Source of the DNA: Candidatus Poribacteria bacterium
Lineage (GTDB): Bacteria > Poribacteria > WGA-4E > PCPOR2b
NCBI GenBank assembly: GCA_965208325.1
Contig: OZ242326.1
Coordinates: 128,001-192,000 of the forward strand
DNA: 64,000 nucleotides
Reading direction: 5' to 3'
This document shows, one piece after another, positions 1-9,550 of the stretch. The position numbers were made by a program, and so were the translations under genes. The notes below the pieces were generated by a model. That model ran no database searches. It was not told the DNA's origin and saw nothing but the letters and a program-made list of their open reading frames with translations. The stretch's first letter is position 1, and every line of letters starts with the position of its first letter.

Positions 1-170
1 TCGGCTGCCAATTCGCCAAACGTTGTGTCCATTTCTGTCAATGTACGGCATCTAAACTCACACACATAGATTATCACCAATTTCGTGTGTCAAATTCAAT
101 CCTATTCCCCTAACCTCTCGAAAGTAAAGTTCAATTTCGACGAAGTCGAAAAAAAAGGAGATAACAGAAA

Positions 171-1094
171 ATGGATAAACTAATCATCACTATCACCTCT
201 GACTCAACGATGTGCTGGCCGCGCAATCCCTATTGCCCCAAGCCATCAGATACCAAGGGCGTTGCGCAGGAATACGTTCGGTCGGTCAATGCCGGAGCTG
301 CTATCGCCCACACGCACGGATCATACGAGATTGATACCGAGATACAGCCCGACGGACGCCAGTTGCAAGTTCCAATCATGGATGGTTGGCGTGACATTAC
401 CGATAGAATACGGGCTTCAGGCAATCCGATTTTACAGTTTGGGCTGGCTAGTATTCGGTTAGAGCAAAAGGTCGAGATGTGGAAAGAATTTCGCCCCGAG
501 ATGACTTCCATTAATTTTAACTCGCATGACGAATTTTTTCAGCCCGACCCTGAATATCCACCGATTGCCTGCTACTCCGTTCACCCAATTAACGAGTTGA
601 GGGAATACGCCCGATTGGCTAACAAATATAATGTCAAACTAGAAGTTGAGTGCTTTAGCCCCGGGGGTTACTGGGCTGTCAGCAAGATTCGTGAAGGTAA
701 GTTTTTCAATGACGACGGTACGTACCAGGAAGAGATGGGACTTTTGCCGGATCCGCTTTGGATTGAACTCCTGTTTGGATGGACCGGGCAGGGATGGATG
801 CCGCCAACAGCGCGTGCGCTCAACTTCATGGTAGACCACTTACCACCTCGTGCAAATTACCATGTGAGTTGTTTGGATCCGGACGCATACTGGCGCTTGA
901 TAACACACGCCATTGCACTCGGCGGCCACGTGCGTATCGGATTCGAGGACTGTCCCTTCATCGAACCGGGCACGTATGCGACGAGCAACGCTCAACTCGT
1001 GGAAAAAGCGGTCAAAATCGCGAGATCCATGGGGCGGGAAATAGCATCACCTGACGAGGCGCGGGCAATTATAGGCCTGAACAACAAGGCTTAA
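171..1094 (+). CDS. 3-keto-5-aminohexanoate cleavage enzyme family (BKACE/DUF849)
   Basis: AGAAIAHTH metal motif, EVECF, GGHVRIGFED and GREIASPDEARAIIGL C-terminus; AAGGAG RBS. Confidence 0.85.
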   Translation: MDKLIITITSDSTMCWPRNPYCPKPSDTKGVAQEYVRSVNAGAAIAHTHGSYEIDTEIQPDGRQLQVPIMDGWRDITDRIRASGNPILQFGLASIRLEQKVEMWKEFRPEMTSINFNSHDEFFQPDPEYPPIACYSVHPINELREYARLANKYNVKLEVECFSPGGYWAVSKIREGKFFNDDGTYQEEMGLLPDPLWIELLFGWTGQGWMPPTARALNFMVDHLPPRANYHVSCLDPDAYWRLITHAIALGGHVRIGFEDCPFIEPGTYATSNAQLVEKAVKIARSMGREIASPDEARAIIGLNNKA

Positions 1095-1203
1095 TCGGCG
1101 GCAACTGTTCAGATTCATAATAGACAGATGATGCAAATGGAATTTGGATAATCCGTATAAAGTCATGGAGTTGCAGTCGATGCGTCAACAGTATGTAAGT
1201 ATG

Positions 1204-2133
1204 TTATGCGCTGGAACTGGTACGCGGTTCTTCCAACACCTCTCGCAAAAATCCCTTGTGCCGTTCCAATTGGGCAACGGCATCATCCAAATCAACCTCT
1301 TTTACCAACATGATAATTGCAACCTTCGCGCTTCCATTGGCGTGGTTTAACGCCGATCTCGCCGTTGCGTAATCCGTATTCGTAATTTCCATGATGATGC
1401 GTGTACCTCGATCTATCATCTTTGCGTTGGATGCCTGAACATCGACCATGAAGTTGTTGTAAACCTTACCAATTTTAATCATTGAGATGGTGGTCAGCAT
1501 GTTCAGTACGAGCTTCGTCGCCGTACCGGCCTTCATGCGGGTTGAACCTGCGACTATCTCTGGTCCTACAATCGGCGTAATGAATACGTCCACAAATGTC
1601 GTCAACCCGCCCGCTGGCGGGACACAACTGAGGAAGATTGTCTTTGCTCCGATTTGATGTGCCTCCGCTAGTGCCCCAATCACGTAGGGTGTGCGTCCGC
1701 TGCTGGTGATGCCCACAACTGCATCTCGATTTGTAACGCCGTGCTCTCGGATTGCGCGTGCACCCGCGTCAGGATTGTCTTCCGCCCCTTCCACGGACTG
1801 CCGCAGTGCACTATCCCCGCCCGCGATGATTCCATGCACCATACCTGGATCAGTGCTGAAGGTCGGTGGACATTCAGAGGCATCAAGGACGCCAAGCCTG
1901 CCGCTTGTCCCGGCTCCAATGTAAATCAGTCTGCCGCCGCCGCGAAACACGGTTGTAATCAACTCTGCTCCTTCCACGATTGACGGCGTAGCGGATTCAA
2001 CAGCAGCGAATACACTTCGATTTTCATCATTGAAGATCTGTACAATGTCGTCGGCCGATTTGAGATCTATATCGATTGAACTTGAATTTCGTGCTTCGGT
2101 GATGAGTTTAGACAGATTTTCTAACATATTCAT
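1204..2133 (-). CDS. murQ: N-acetylmuramic acid 6-phosphate etherase
   Basis: GAGTSGRLGVLDASECPPTF and GSTRMKAGTATKLVLNMLTT signatures. Confidence 0.95.
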   Translation of the reverse strand: MNMLENLSKLITEARNSSSIDIDLKSADDIVQIFNDENRSVFAAVESATPSIVEGAELITTVFRGGGRLIYIGAGTSGRLGVLDASECPPTFSTDPGMVHGIIAGGDSALRQSVEGAEDNPDAGARAIREHGVTNRDAVVGITSSGRTPYVIGALAEAHQIGAKTIFLSCVPPAGGLTTFVDVFITPIVGPEIVAGSTRMKAGTATKLVLNMLTTISMIKIGKVYNNFMVDVQASNAKMIDRGTRIIMEITNTDYATARSALNHANGSAKVAIIMLVKEVDLDDAVAQLERHKGFLREVLEEPRTSSSA

Positions 2134-2136
2134 TTA

Positions 2137-3060
2137 TCATGGCGTAACGGGCGGAAATTGAGACATTGCTAACAGGACAGCGCCATAAGCCGGCTCGTGT
2201 TTTGCCAAGTCTATCCGTGCATTCGGTGCAATAGGTTGTAAACGCTCGCGCAATAGACTTACAAACCCCGGCTGATGCGTCAAAATTCCACCGCTAAGAA
2301 TGATGTCGGCTGGTTGCTCTGGTCCTAATTCGGTAATAACCGCTTGGGCGGCGCGCACAAGCTCATCGGCGGCGTGTTGAATAATTCGTCGGGCGACCAA
2401 ATCGCCGTCATTCATCGCAACAAAAACCGAATTTGCAAGTGCGGAAACACAATCTATGCTCGCACCGTGAACCCAACGAATGAGATCGCCCGGTTTTTGC
2501 AGTCCAATTTCGCTTAGCATCATATCCGTCAATTGTGTACCTGCCCCTCGTCCATCCGATGCCCAGACGATCGCGCGTAGGCCGGAAACCGCGATGCCGT
2601 AGCCGCTCCCCTCATCGCCAAGCAGATGTCCCCACCCGCCGGAGCGCACCTCCACCCCGTCGGAGTTTATCCCGTAGACAATCGACCCCGTCCCGGAAAC
2701 TATAATCACACCTTCGAGTTTCCCTGTGCCGCCGACTAGCGCAATTTGCGCGTCGTGTGTCAGAATACAGTTTCTTCTGAAACCAATTTCGCGGCAGATT
2801 TGCCCTATTACTTCCCGATCAGCTCGGCAACCAAGTCCCGCCATGCCGAAACACGAGCCGATACAGTCCTCAAGCGTAAAATTTGCCTGTAAAAGCAACT
2901 GTGAGACGAGGTCTTCCAGAACTTTTTTCGTTTGTGTTTTCCCGGTAGTGTGATAGTTGGCAGCACCAACTTCAAGTCTCGCGTGAAGTTGTCCTGTTTC
3001 GTCCGCTAGAATCCCAACCGTTTTCGTGCCGCCGCCATCAATACCAATAACAAAACGCAC
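2137..3060 (-). CDS. BadF/BadG/BcrA/BcrD family sugar kinase (GlcNAc/MurNAc kinase-like)
   Basis: GIDGGGTKT, SGTGS, GGWGHLLGDEGSG; directly upstream of murQ. Confidence 0.85.
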   Translation of the reverse strand: MRFVIGIDGGGTKTVGILADETGQLHARLEVGAANYHTTGKTQTKKVLEDLVSQLLLQANFTLEDCIGSCFGMAGLGCRADREVIGQICREIGFRRNCILTHDAQIALVGGTGKLEGVIIVSGTGSIVYGINSDGVEVRSGGWGHLLGDEGSGYGIAVSGLRAIVWASDGRGAGTQLTDMMLSEIGLQKPGDLIRWVHGASIDCVSALANSVFVAMNDGDLVARRIIQHAADELVRAAQAVITELGPEQPADIILSGGILTHQPGFVSLLRERLQPIAPNARIDLAKHEPAYGAVLLAMSQFPPVTP

Positions 3061-3186
3061 TCATGTCTCCGCGTGGAAGGGATATCATGTACATCAAACG
3101 TAATCACCAATGATACCCGAAAATATAGGACAATTTATCGTAGTTCAGGTAGAATTGTCAAGCGCTTAATGAACCACAAAGCGTGC

Positions 3187-3215
3187 TTGACATATTCGGC
3201 AACTTTCGGTATCCT
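3187..3215 (+). promoter_or_regulatory. putative sigma70 promoter for the SMP-30 gene
   Basis: TTGACA-N17-TATCCT. Confidence 0.55.
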
Positions 3216-3355
3216 TGAGTCGATATTTTGTTTCCCATCCCCGGCGGATAACCAACCCTATACATGCGCCGCGACGCATGACACAAAGGAAAGTGGAAGG
3301 ACGAATCCTCTATGATAAGACCGTACATCATAACTAAATTAAGTGGAGGTTAAGA

Positions 3356-4213
3356 ATGACACCAGAACTAATCGCCGACTACAAATGCGTGATAGGTGAA
3401 GGCCCCTTATGGCATCCCGGCGAAAAGTGTGTATATTGGACTGATATTCCTATGGGAAGGATGTTCCGTTACAATCCAGCTACCGGTGCGCATGAACAGT
3501 TTTACGACGGTGAAGTAGTAGGTGGATTCACAATTCAGGAAGACGGTTCTCTGCTACTTTTCATGGCAAAGGGTGCTATTGCCATCTGGCGGGACGGGCG
3601 TCTCGAGTATGTGTACGAAGAAATCCCGAATGAACGTGAAACACGCTTCAACGACGTAATTGCCGATCCGGCCGGTCGTGTCTTTTGTGGAACTATGTCG
3701 ACCGCGGACCGCCCGGCTCGCCTTTTCCGCCTCGACGTTGATACTCAGTTAACCGAGTTGTTGGATGATGTCGATATCTCGAACGGCATGGGATTTACAC
3801 CTGACCGGAAGCAGATGTATTATACTGATTCGCCGACTCGCGAAATTTACCTGTTCGACTACAGTCAAGATACGGGCGGCATCACAAACAAGCGCGTATT
3901 CGTCCGGACGCCCGAAGGCGAGGGCGTGCCGGATGGAATGACGGTGGATGCGGAGGGCTATGTTTGGTCTGCACGCTGGGATGGGAGTTGCCTCGTCCGC
4001 TACTCGCCTGACGGCCGGGAGGACCGCCGCATCGAATTTCCCGCAAAGAAAGTGTCCAGCGTAATATTCGGCGGCGAAGATTATACGGACATGTATGTCA
4101 CAACGGCGGGAGGAGACAACAAAGTGGGTGAGGGTTACGGCGCTGGCGCGCTGTTTCGAATTAACCTGGGCATCCGAGGAGTACCAGAATTCCTGTCCCG
4201 AATATGTCCCTAA
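3356..4213 (+). CDS. SMP-30/gluconolactonase/LRE family lactonase
   Basis: GEGPLW, RFND, SNGMGF, PDGMTVDAEG motifs; GGAGG RBS. Confidence 0.92.
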   Translation: MTPELIADYKCVIGEGPLWHPGEKCVYWTDIPMGRMFRYNPATGAHEQFYDGEVVGGFTIQEDGSLLLFMAKGAIAIWRDGRLEYVYEEIPNERETRFNDVIADPAGRVFCGTMSTADRPARLFRLDVDTQLTELLDDVDISNGMGFTPDRKQMYYTDSPTREIYLFDYSQDTGGITNKRVFVRTPEGEGVPDGMTVDAEGYVWSARWDGSCLVRYSPDGREDRRIEFPAKKVSSVIFGGEDYTDMYVTTAGGDNKVGEGYGAGALFRINLGIRGVPEFLSRICP

Positions 4214-4373
4214 TGAGATGATCATTCGATGACAGTTATGTCCAAAATCGTAGTACGATTGGCAGATTAACGCGAACCGATTTTGCTGTGTCGAACCACA
4301 CACCGTCTCAGGTAATCGGTTGATGTGCCGGTTCCTGACACCGTATGCCTATGCGAACGAATATTGGTCTTTA

Positions 4374-4550
4374 TTACCGTCTTGCAGCATGAACTTCTAA
4401 CCGATGATCGCCCCATAGGGCGAGTTCGCGCTCAATTGTCTGCTCAAGGTGCAGCATGATTTCTGGCGAGGCACGCTCAAGCATTCGCATCGAATAGAAA
4501 GGTTGGCTGGTCCGGCGTTGAACGGCTAGAAACCAATTGAGATCTTCTAC
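4374..4550 (-). pseudogene. 3' remnant of a PhyH-family paralogue
   Basis: Hand translation VEDLNWFLAVQRRTSQPFYSMRMLERASPEIMLHLEQTIERELALWGDHRLEVHAARR* matches the C-terminus of 4592..5425 at 39/56 aa; no in-frame start upstream of the homologous segment. Confidence 0.85.
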
Positions 4551-4591
4551 GGTTTTTGAAAAACTGACACAGCACGTCCCAGTCGCACACG

Positions 4592-5425
4592 CTATGCTGC
4601 CTTTCCCCGCCTGTTAGCATGTACTTCCAATCGGTGTTTACCCCAAAGCACCAACTCCCTCTCCATTGTCTGTTCGAGATGAACCATTATTGTGGGCGAG
4701 GCTTGCTCAAGCATTCGCTTTGTATAAATCGGTTGCCCCGTCCGGCAGGTGAATTCGAGAAATGAGTCGAGATCTTTTAATTCGGCTTCTGTACGAGCTC
4801 GGCAGCCAACGTTGATAGCGAACATACGCCGGTAAGCGTTGCCGCCGAATGACGCATGAAAGGTGTTGTGGTTGAAGATCACAACGTCACCGGGTTCATT
4901 CTCCAGCGCCATTGATGGCATCTTCTCTCTAAGCTCCGGCAAGCTGTCACGGCCGCTCGTATTCCGGCGGACCTGCACGTTTGCCCATTTGTACACCTGG
5001 TTCCGCCACGGTCCTTGAAGGTGACTACCCGGTATTACTCGAAGGCAGCCAGTGTCTTGTGTCAAGGAATCCAAATACATCCCGAATTTCAACGACATAC
5101 ACGAGTGGCGGTCGCTATCCGGGTGGAAATCAATCTCGTCCGCGTAGTAATGGCCGTCGCTGCCAAGATAATTGAAATCTTCCCCTACCAACGGAGTAAG
5201 TGCGCCGCGCACCTTCGGATGCTCCAGCAAAGCCGTGAAACGGTCGCTCAGTGCGATAAATGGAATGAGATCTACTGTTCGCTCACCGTCCGGCTCAAGA
5301 TCGAATTCAACGAACAGCTTAGCGTGCTCTTCGCATATCCATTCAAGCTCATCGCGCATATAGCCCGGTAGATGCAGGTATCCAAACGCCTCGAAAAATG
5401 CCACTTGCGCTTCTGTCAACGCCAT
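4592..5425 (-). CDS. phytanoyl-CoA dioxygenase (PhyH) family Fe/2OG enzyme
   Basis: FHPDSD (HxD), GCLRVIPGSH, EPGDVVIF..HAS. Confidence 0.88.
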   Translation of the reverse strand: MALTEAQVAFFEAFGYLHLPGYMRDELEWICEEHAKLFVEFDLEPDGERTVDLIPFIALSDRFTALLEHPKVRGALTPLVGEDFNYLGSDGHYYADEIDFHPDSDRHSCMSLKFGMYLDSLTQDTGCLRVIPGSHLQGPWRNQVYKWANVQVRRNTSGRDSLPELREKMPSMALENEPGDVVIFNHNTFHASFGGNAYRRMFAINVGCRARTEAELKDLDSFLEFTCRTGQPIYTKRMLEQASPTIMVHLEQTMERELVLWGKHRLEVHANRRGKAA

Positions 5426-5522
5426 AATTTACTCCTTCCGAACGAGTACCATCATTCTCGGGATATTTCTGTCTCCCTTGCGTCCAGCTTTATATTTTAT
5501 CCGTAAACCACTGTGTCCGACT

Positions 5523-6230
5523 CTACTCTTTCCCGGCAATCACAACGGTGAATTCTCCGCGCGGCAATACTGCTTGAAATTTATCAATGGCTTGGCTTAC
5601 ATTCCCTCGAAAAACTTCCTCAAATTTTTTCGTCAATTCCCGTGCAACGGCGATCCGCCGATTCCCGAAAAGCTCCATGACCGCTTGTAGAAATGGGATT
5701 AGGCGGTGGGGGGATTCGTAAAAAATAAGCGTTCGCCTTTCATTACTTAGCCCCTCCAAGTGTTGTTTTCGTTTGCCCGACTTTGGTGAAAGGAATCCTT
5801 CAAAGACAAAGTTATGCAGCGGAAGCCCCGCAACCGAAGCCGCCGCTATGCAAGCGGAAACGCCGGGAATCGGAACCACTGGGATTTCTGCTTCGATACA
5901 CCGAACCACGAGTTGGTAGCCGGGATCCGAAACTGTCGGTGTGCCTGCGTCCGATACCAAAGCCAAATTGTCGCCGCCTTTCAGTCTTGAAATTAGTTTT
6001 TCCCCTTTCCGCAACTGATTGCCCTCAAAGAAACTGGTGATGGGTGTGTGGATATCGAAGTGCGCAAGAAGTTGGCGGGTATGGCGCGTATCCTCAGCAG
6101 CGATTAGATTGACCTCTCTGAGCGTGCGCAATGCTCGCAGAGTGATGTCTTCCAAGTTTCCGATTGGTGTGCTTACGACGTAAAGCACGCTGTTTTTGGA
6201 GTTGGAGTTTGCGGCAGTCGGCATTCTCAT
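5523..6230 (-). CDS. rsmI: 16S rRNA (cytidine1402-2'-O)-methyltransferase
   Basis: TPIGNLEDIT, AAEDTR, SDAGTP, YESPHR, RELTKKFEE. Confidence 0.95.
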   Translation of the reverse strand: MRMPTAANSNSKNSVLYVVSTPIGNLEDITLRALRTLREVNLIAAEDTRHTRQLLAHFDIHTPITSFFEGNQLRKGEKLISRLKGGDNLALVSDAGTPTVSDPGYQLVVRCIEAEIPVVPIPGVSACIAAASVAGLPLHNFVFEGFLSPKSGKRKQHLEGLSNERRTLIFYESPHRLIPFLQAVMELFGNRRIAVARELTKKFEEVFRGNVSQAIDKFQAVLPRGEFTVVIAGKE

Positions 6231-6376
6231 TCCTTCGTTTGAGCATAAGGCACGGCGAAACGAAGGTTCCCAAGTTCATTGTTAACGCCGGAGAAGATTT
6301 TCGAAATTTTGGCGTATCCCGATAACCCCAAATCTTGGAACTACATTTTGCCTAAGTCTGTCAAGGCATTACGCGC

Positions 6377-7003
6377 TCAATAGGTACGGAATAATATATC
6401 AAACACAGGACGTTCATCGACGCGATAATCGAAGGAATCTCGGCACATGATCGTTTTCCCGTGCTGATCCGTGAATTTCAGGCGAATTTTAATCTTGGTA
6501 CTGGGAATTAGTTCATCAAGCGCAAAGGTTTCGTAGAAATCCTGCCGTTCATCAGGTTTTAACGTCAAAGGAAGGTTATTACGGAGCAAACTCGGAAAGA
6601 TGACCGCTTGAGGAACATCATAAAGTTTGGTAACGTACCATTTGCGGCCTATCTTCGATTGTAACCGGGATTCTTGAACTGAAACGGCAACTTGATCGTT
6701 ATCATTGTAAATCCGGAACGAGGTCAGAAACAATAAATTCCCGCCGCGCGTCATGAAGCAATTCGTCTGGCCTTCCAAAAGTTCCACCCTAATATCCGAT
6801 GCCCGCCACCTACGCCGACGGCTTCCCCGATTTGGTTGGCTCGTCCGAAAATCATAAATCCATTTTGCGCTTGAGATTAAGATAGCTGCAATGCCGAATA
6901 TGAGAGCAATTGTCGCACGGTCCACTTGTAAGTAAGTCCCAGAAATCAAAGAGATAACTTTGCTTCTGCTTGGTAATGTCACAGTCTTTGGCGTTCCGGA
7001 CAC
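6377..7003 (-). CDS. hypothetical membrane-anchored protein (start uncertain)
   Basis: 208-codon ORF filling the gap; one hydrophobic helix (ATIALIFGIAAILISSA) followed by a beta-rich domain. Confidence 0.6.
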   Translation of the reverse strand: MSGTPKTVTLPSRSKVISLISGTYLQVDRATIALIFGIAAILISSAKWIYDFRTSQPNRGSRRRRWRASDIRVELLEGQTNCFMTRGGNLLFLTSFRIYNDNDQVAVSVQESRLQSKIGRKWYVTKLYDVPQAVIFPSLLRNNLPLTLKPDERQDFYETFALDELIPSTKIKIRLKFTDQHGKTIMCRDSFDYRVDERPVFDILFRTY

Positions 7004-7030
7004 AGAAGCGGCGTTTTTCGTCCATTCCTT

Positions 7031-7059
7031 TTGACTTTTGTATTGCAGTTGGGTAAAAT
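7031..7059 (+). promoter_or_regulatory. putative sigma70 promoter for the AhpC/TSA gene
   Basis: TTGACT-N17-TAAAAT. Confidence 0.5.
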
Positions 7060-7121
7060 CTTGGACATCAAAGCCAAACGCAGTTTATGGAGAGAAGACG
7101 GATTTGTCTTATTAGCCAACA

Positions 7122-7607
7122 ATGCCGCGAAGAAACAAAGTCCTCAACATCGGTGACAATGCGCCGCTGTTCACCTTGCAATCCGCTCAAAGAGACGATG
7201 TTAGTCTCGCATCGTATCGCAATAGGCGGCACGTCATTTTAGCCTTTTTCCGAGGCACATGGTGACCTAATAGCCGCCGCCAGTTAGGCGATTTACAAAC
7301 TCACTTGAATGAATATATCAGATTTGGCGCCGAAGCCATCGCGATTGCCGGGCAGTGGCCTCGAGAAGTTCGCCGTTATGCTCAGAGGCACGGCATCGCC
7401 TTTCCGTTACTCATTGATAAGCACCGGACCGTCATTAAAAGCTACGGCGTTTATCATTGGCTAGGACTCGACGCTTATAACATTGCACGTCCCTCGACAT
7501 TCATTGTTGATAAGGAGGGAATTATCCGATTCATTCATGTAGGCTCACACCAGTTTGACCTTCCTAAACATGCCAGTCTCATCGCATGTGTAGAATCCTT
7601 GGAATGA
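7122..7607 (+). CDS. AhpC/TSA (peroxiredoxin-like) selenoprotein, 161 aa, UGA at codon 48 read as Sec
   Basis: ATG 7122 reads MPRRNKVLNIGDNAPLFTLQS...VILAFFRGTW-TGA(7263-7265)-PNSRRQL, in frame with track ORF 7305..7607 (FPLLID, YGV, ARPSTFIVDKEGIIRF); TGA sits at the first Cys of the WCPxC motif. Confidence 0.85.
7266..7295 (+). promoter_or_regulatory. candidate bacterial SECIS element
   Basis: Stem CGCC(7278-81)/GGCG(7287-90) with AGUUA loop 16 nt after UGA; alternative CCUAA/UUAGG pairing. Confidence 0.5.
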
Positions 7608-7640
7608 ATGAAAATGTAATGGCGCCTGATGACTCTGCAA

Positions 7641-8645
7641 TTAAAGCGTATCGCGAGTCAGTTGGTTCAATATTCCTAACTGCCTATTATCCGCGATGAC
7701 AATAAGCGCGTCGCCCTCATCCAGCCTGAGATTGCCAGAGGGATTGTATATAATATCGCCGGCTCGATTGCGGACAGCTACGACGACGAGACCTGTTTCA
7801 TCCGGGATTCGGGCATCGTTGAGGGTAAGCCCCAAAAAAGGTGATTCGCTCTGGATTGTGGATTCGGCAAAGCGCGTCGTCACTTGGTGTTTGAGCATAT
7901 CATCCAAAAAATCAACGACAATTGGACTTATGACTGTCGATACTAGACGCAATCCTCCAATCTGATCCGCGAGTACGACATCATCCGCACCCGCTTTCGT
8001 CAACTTTGCCCGTGAACTCTCCTCGACAGCCTTCGACGTTATTCTCAAGCTCCGATTTAGCTGTTTCGCCGATAAAACAACGAAAAGATTGTCTTGATCC
8101 GTCGAAAGAGAAGCAATCAACCCTTGCGCACGATCGATTCCAGCACGGATGAGCACTTCGTCTTCTGTTGCATCGCCTTGTACATAGTGGAAATGTCTTG
8201 TTTTCAGTAAATGTTCAATTTGCACTTGATCTCTCTCAATTGCGACGAAGTCAGCGTTCAGGTGAATGAGTTCATCAAGCGCATGTACCCCAGTGTCGCC
8301 TACCCCGCAAACGATATAATGGTTTGAAAGTTTGTCAATAGATTTTTCCATGCGTCTCTTCAAAAAAACTTCCTGTAACTGCCCTTCAATAATGAATGTA
8401 GCTGTTATACTAATGCCGTATCCAAGAACTCCAATCCCTCCAAGAATCAGCGCAACTGTGAAAATTTTTCCCTCATCCGACATATTGTAATCTGCATAAC
8501 CGACTGTTGTCAATGTGATTACCGTCATGAAAATTGAGTGAAGTAGAGTCCAATCCTCCTCAATTACTTTATATCCCGTGACGCCAATGGCGAAAACGGC
8601 AATCATCGCAAATACTGCGATAACAATGTTGCGTTGATACTCCAA
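7641..8645 (-). CDS. potassium channel protein (2TM pore + TrkA-N/TrkA-C RCK domains)
   Basis: ITLTTVGY selectivity-filter region, HYIVCGVG, GDATEDEVL. Confidence 0.9.
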   Translation of the reverse strand: MEYQRNIVIAVFAMIAVFAIGVTGYKVIEEDWTLLHSIFMTVITLTTVGYADYNMSDEGKIFTVALILGGIGVLGYGISITATFIIEGQLQEVFLKRRMEKSIDKLSNHYIVCGVGDTGVHALDELIHLNADFVAIERDQVQIEHLLKTRHFHYVQGDATEDEVLIRAGIDRAQGLIASLSTDQDNLFVVLSAKQLNRSLRITSKAVEESSRAKLTKAGADDVVLADQIGGLRLVSTVISPIVVDFLDDMLKHQVTTRFAESTIQSESPFLGLTLNDARIPDETGLVVVAVRNRAGDIIYNPSGNLRLDEGDALIVIADNRQLGILNQLTRDTL

Positions 8646-8788
8646 TTTCCTCGCCTTTCAAGATCAAAAGACCAAAAACTCCCGCCCGCACAATTTTCAA
8701 GTTTCGGGACGTGAAAATCGCATTCAACTGATGGCCCACAACCGGTAGACCATCAGATTGACCCGCGGTTTATGTAATATACCGCGCT

Positions 8789-9475
8789 TCACGTTCCCTC
8801 CATCTGCTGATACTGAATGGTTTCCAACCGCGATTTCAGCCGTTCGGTTTGGAAGCGCAGCATTAGGAAAAACACGTAGAGGACGGTAAGCGCCAGCCAG
8901 GCAATCACCCAAGTTTTGAACATCGTCGGTGGAAGGTTCATTTTAGTTTCTATTCCTGGATGTAACTTGTCTTTCCAGAGCTCGACCGAGAAGTAGACAA
9001 TTGGGACATCAAGATAAGCGAGTATACCTAGAACCGCTGAATAGACTCTCTTTTTCTCTTCGGGCAACGCCGATCTCAGTATAAAATAACCGATATACAT
9101 GAGCCAAAGGATGAGTGTGCTGGTTAATCGTGGTTCCCAATTCCACCACGTATTCCAAGCATATTTTGCCCAGATGGGGCCTGTCGTCAAAACGACTGTA
9201 CAGAAAACGATGCCAAGTTCCGCTGACGCAACGGCAAGCAAGTCGAATTTTTCATTACGTTTTATCAGGTAAAAAATGCTGCACAAAAAAGTTACACCAA
9301 AAGCAAGGAAAACAGTAAACGCTGAAGAAACATGGAAGTAGAAAATTTTCTGGACTTCCAGCATCGTCTTTTCAATCTGGGCGTAACTGAAAACAAAACA
9401 GAGGGCAGTAAACAGGCAAACTGCTGCAAGAATGCCAACGAGTTGAGTAAGCGTCACTTTCTTCAATCCCTCCAA
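8789..9475 (-). CDS. ccmC: cytochrome c maturation heme exporter CcmC
   Basis: IFYFHV and WAKYAWNTWWNWEPRLTS (WWD domain); adjacent to ccmB. Confidence 0.88.
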   Translation of the reverse strand: MEGLKKVTLTQLVGILAAVCLFTALCFVFSYAQIEKTMLEVQKIFYFHVSSAFTVFLAFGVTFLCSIFYLIKRNEKFDLLAVASAELGIVFCTVVLTTGPIWAKYAWNTWWNWEPRLTSTLILWLMYIGYFILRSALPEEKKRVYSAVLGILAYLDVPIVYFSVELWKDKLHPGIETKMNLPPTMFKTWVIAWLALTVLYVFFLMLRFQTERLKSRLETIQYQQMEGT

Positions 9476-9550
9476 TTGGTGATTTTCATTTCAATTGTCA
9501 AAAATGCGTATTGTCACTTCTAGGTCTTACATACAAAATGCCAGTGATGG

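Noticed and set aside
4374..4790. DGR template/variable repeat pair
   Set aside because: Differences are not adenine-specific, many are synonymous, and there is no reverse transcriptase in the window.
7305..7607. Stand-alone 100-aa gene as given in the ORF track
   Set aside because: It lacks the active site; it is the C-terminal part of the UGA-containing CDS starting at 7122.
8724..8912. ccmD candidate
   Set aside because: The translation has no hydrophobic helix or CcmD-like pattern.
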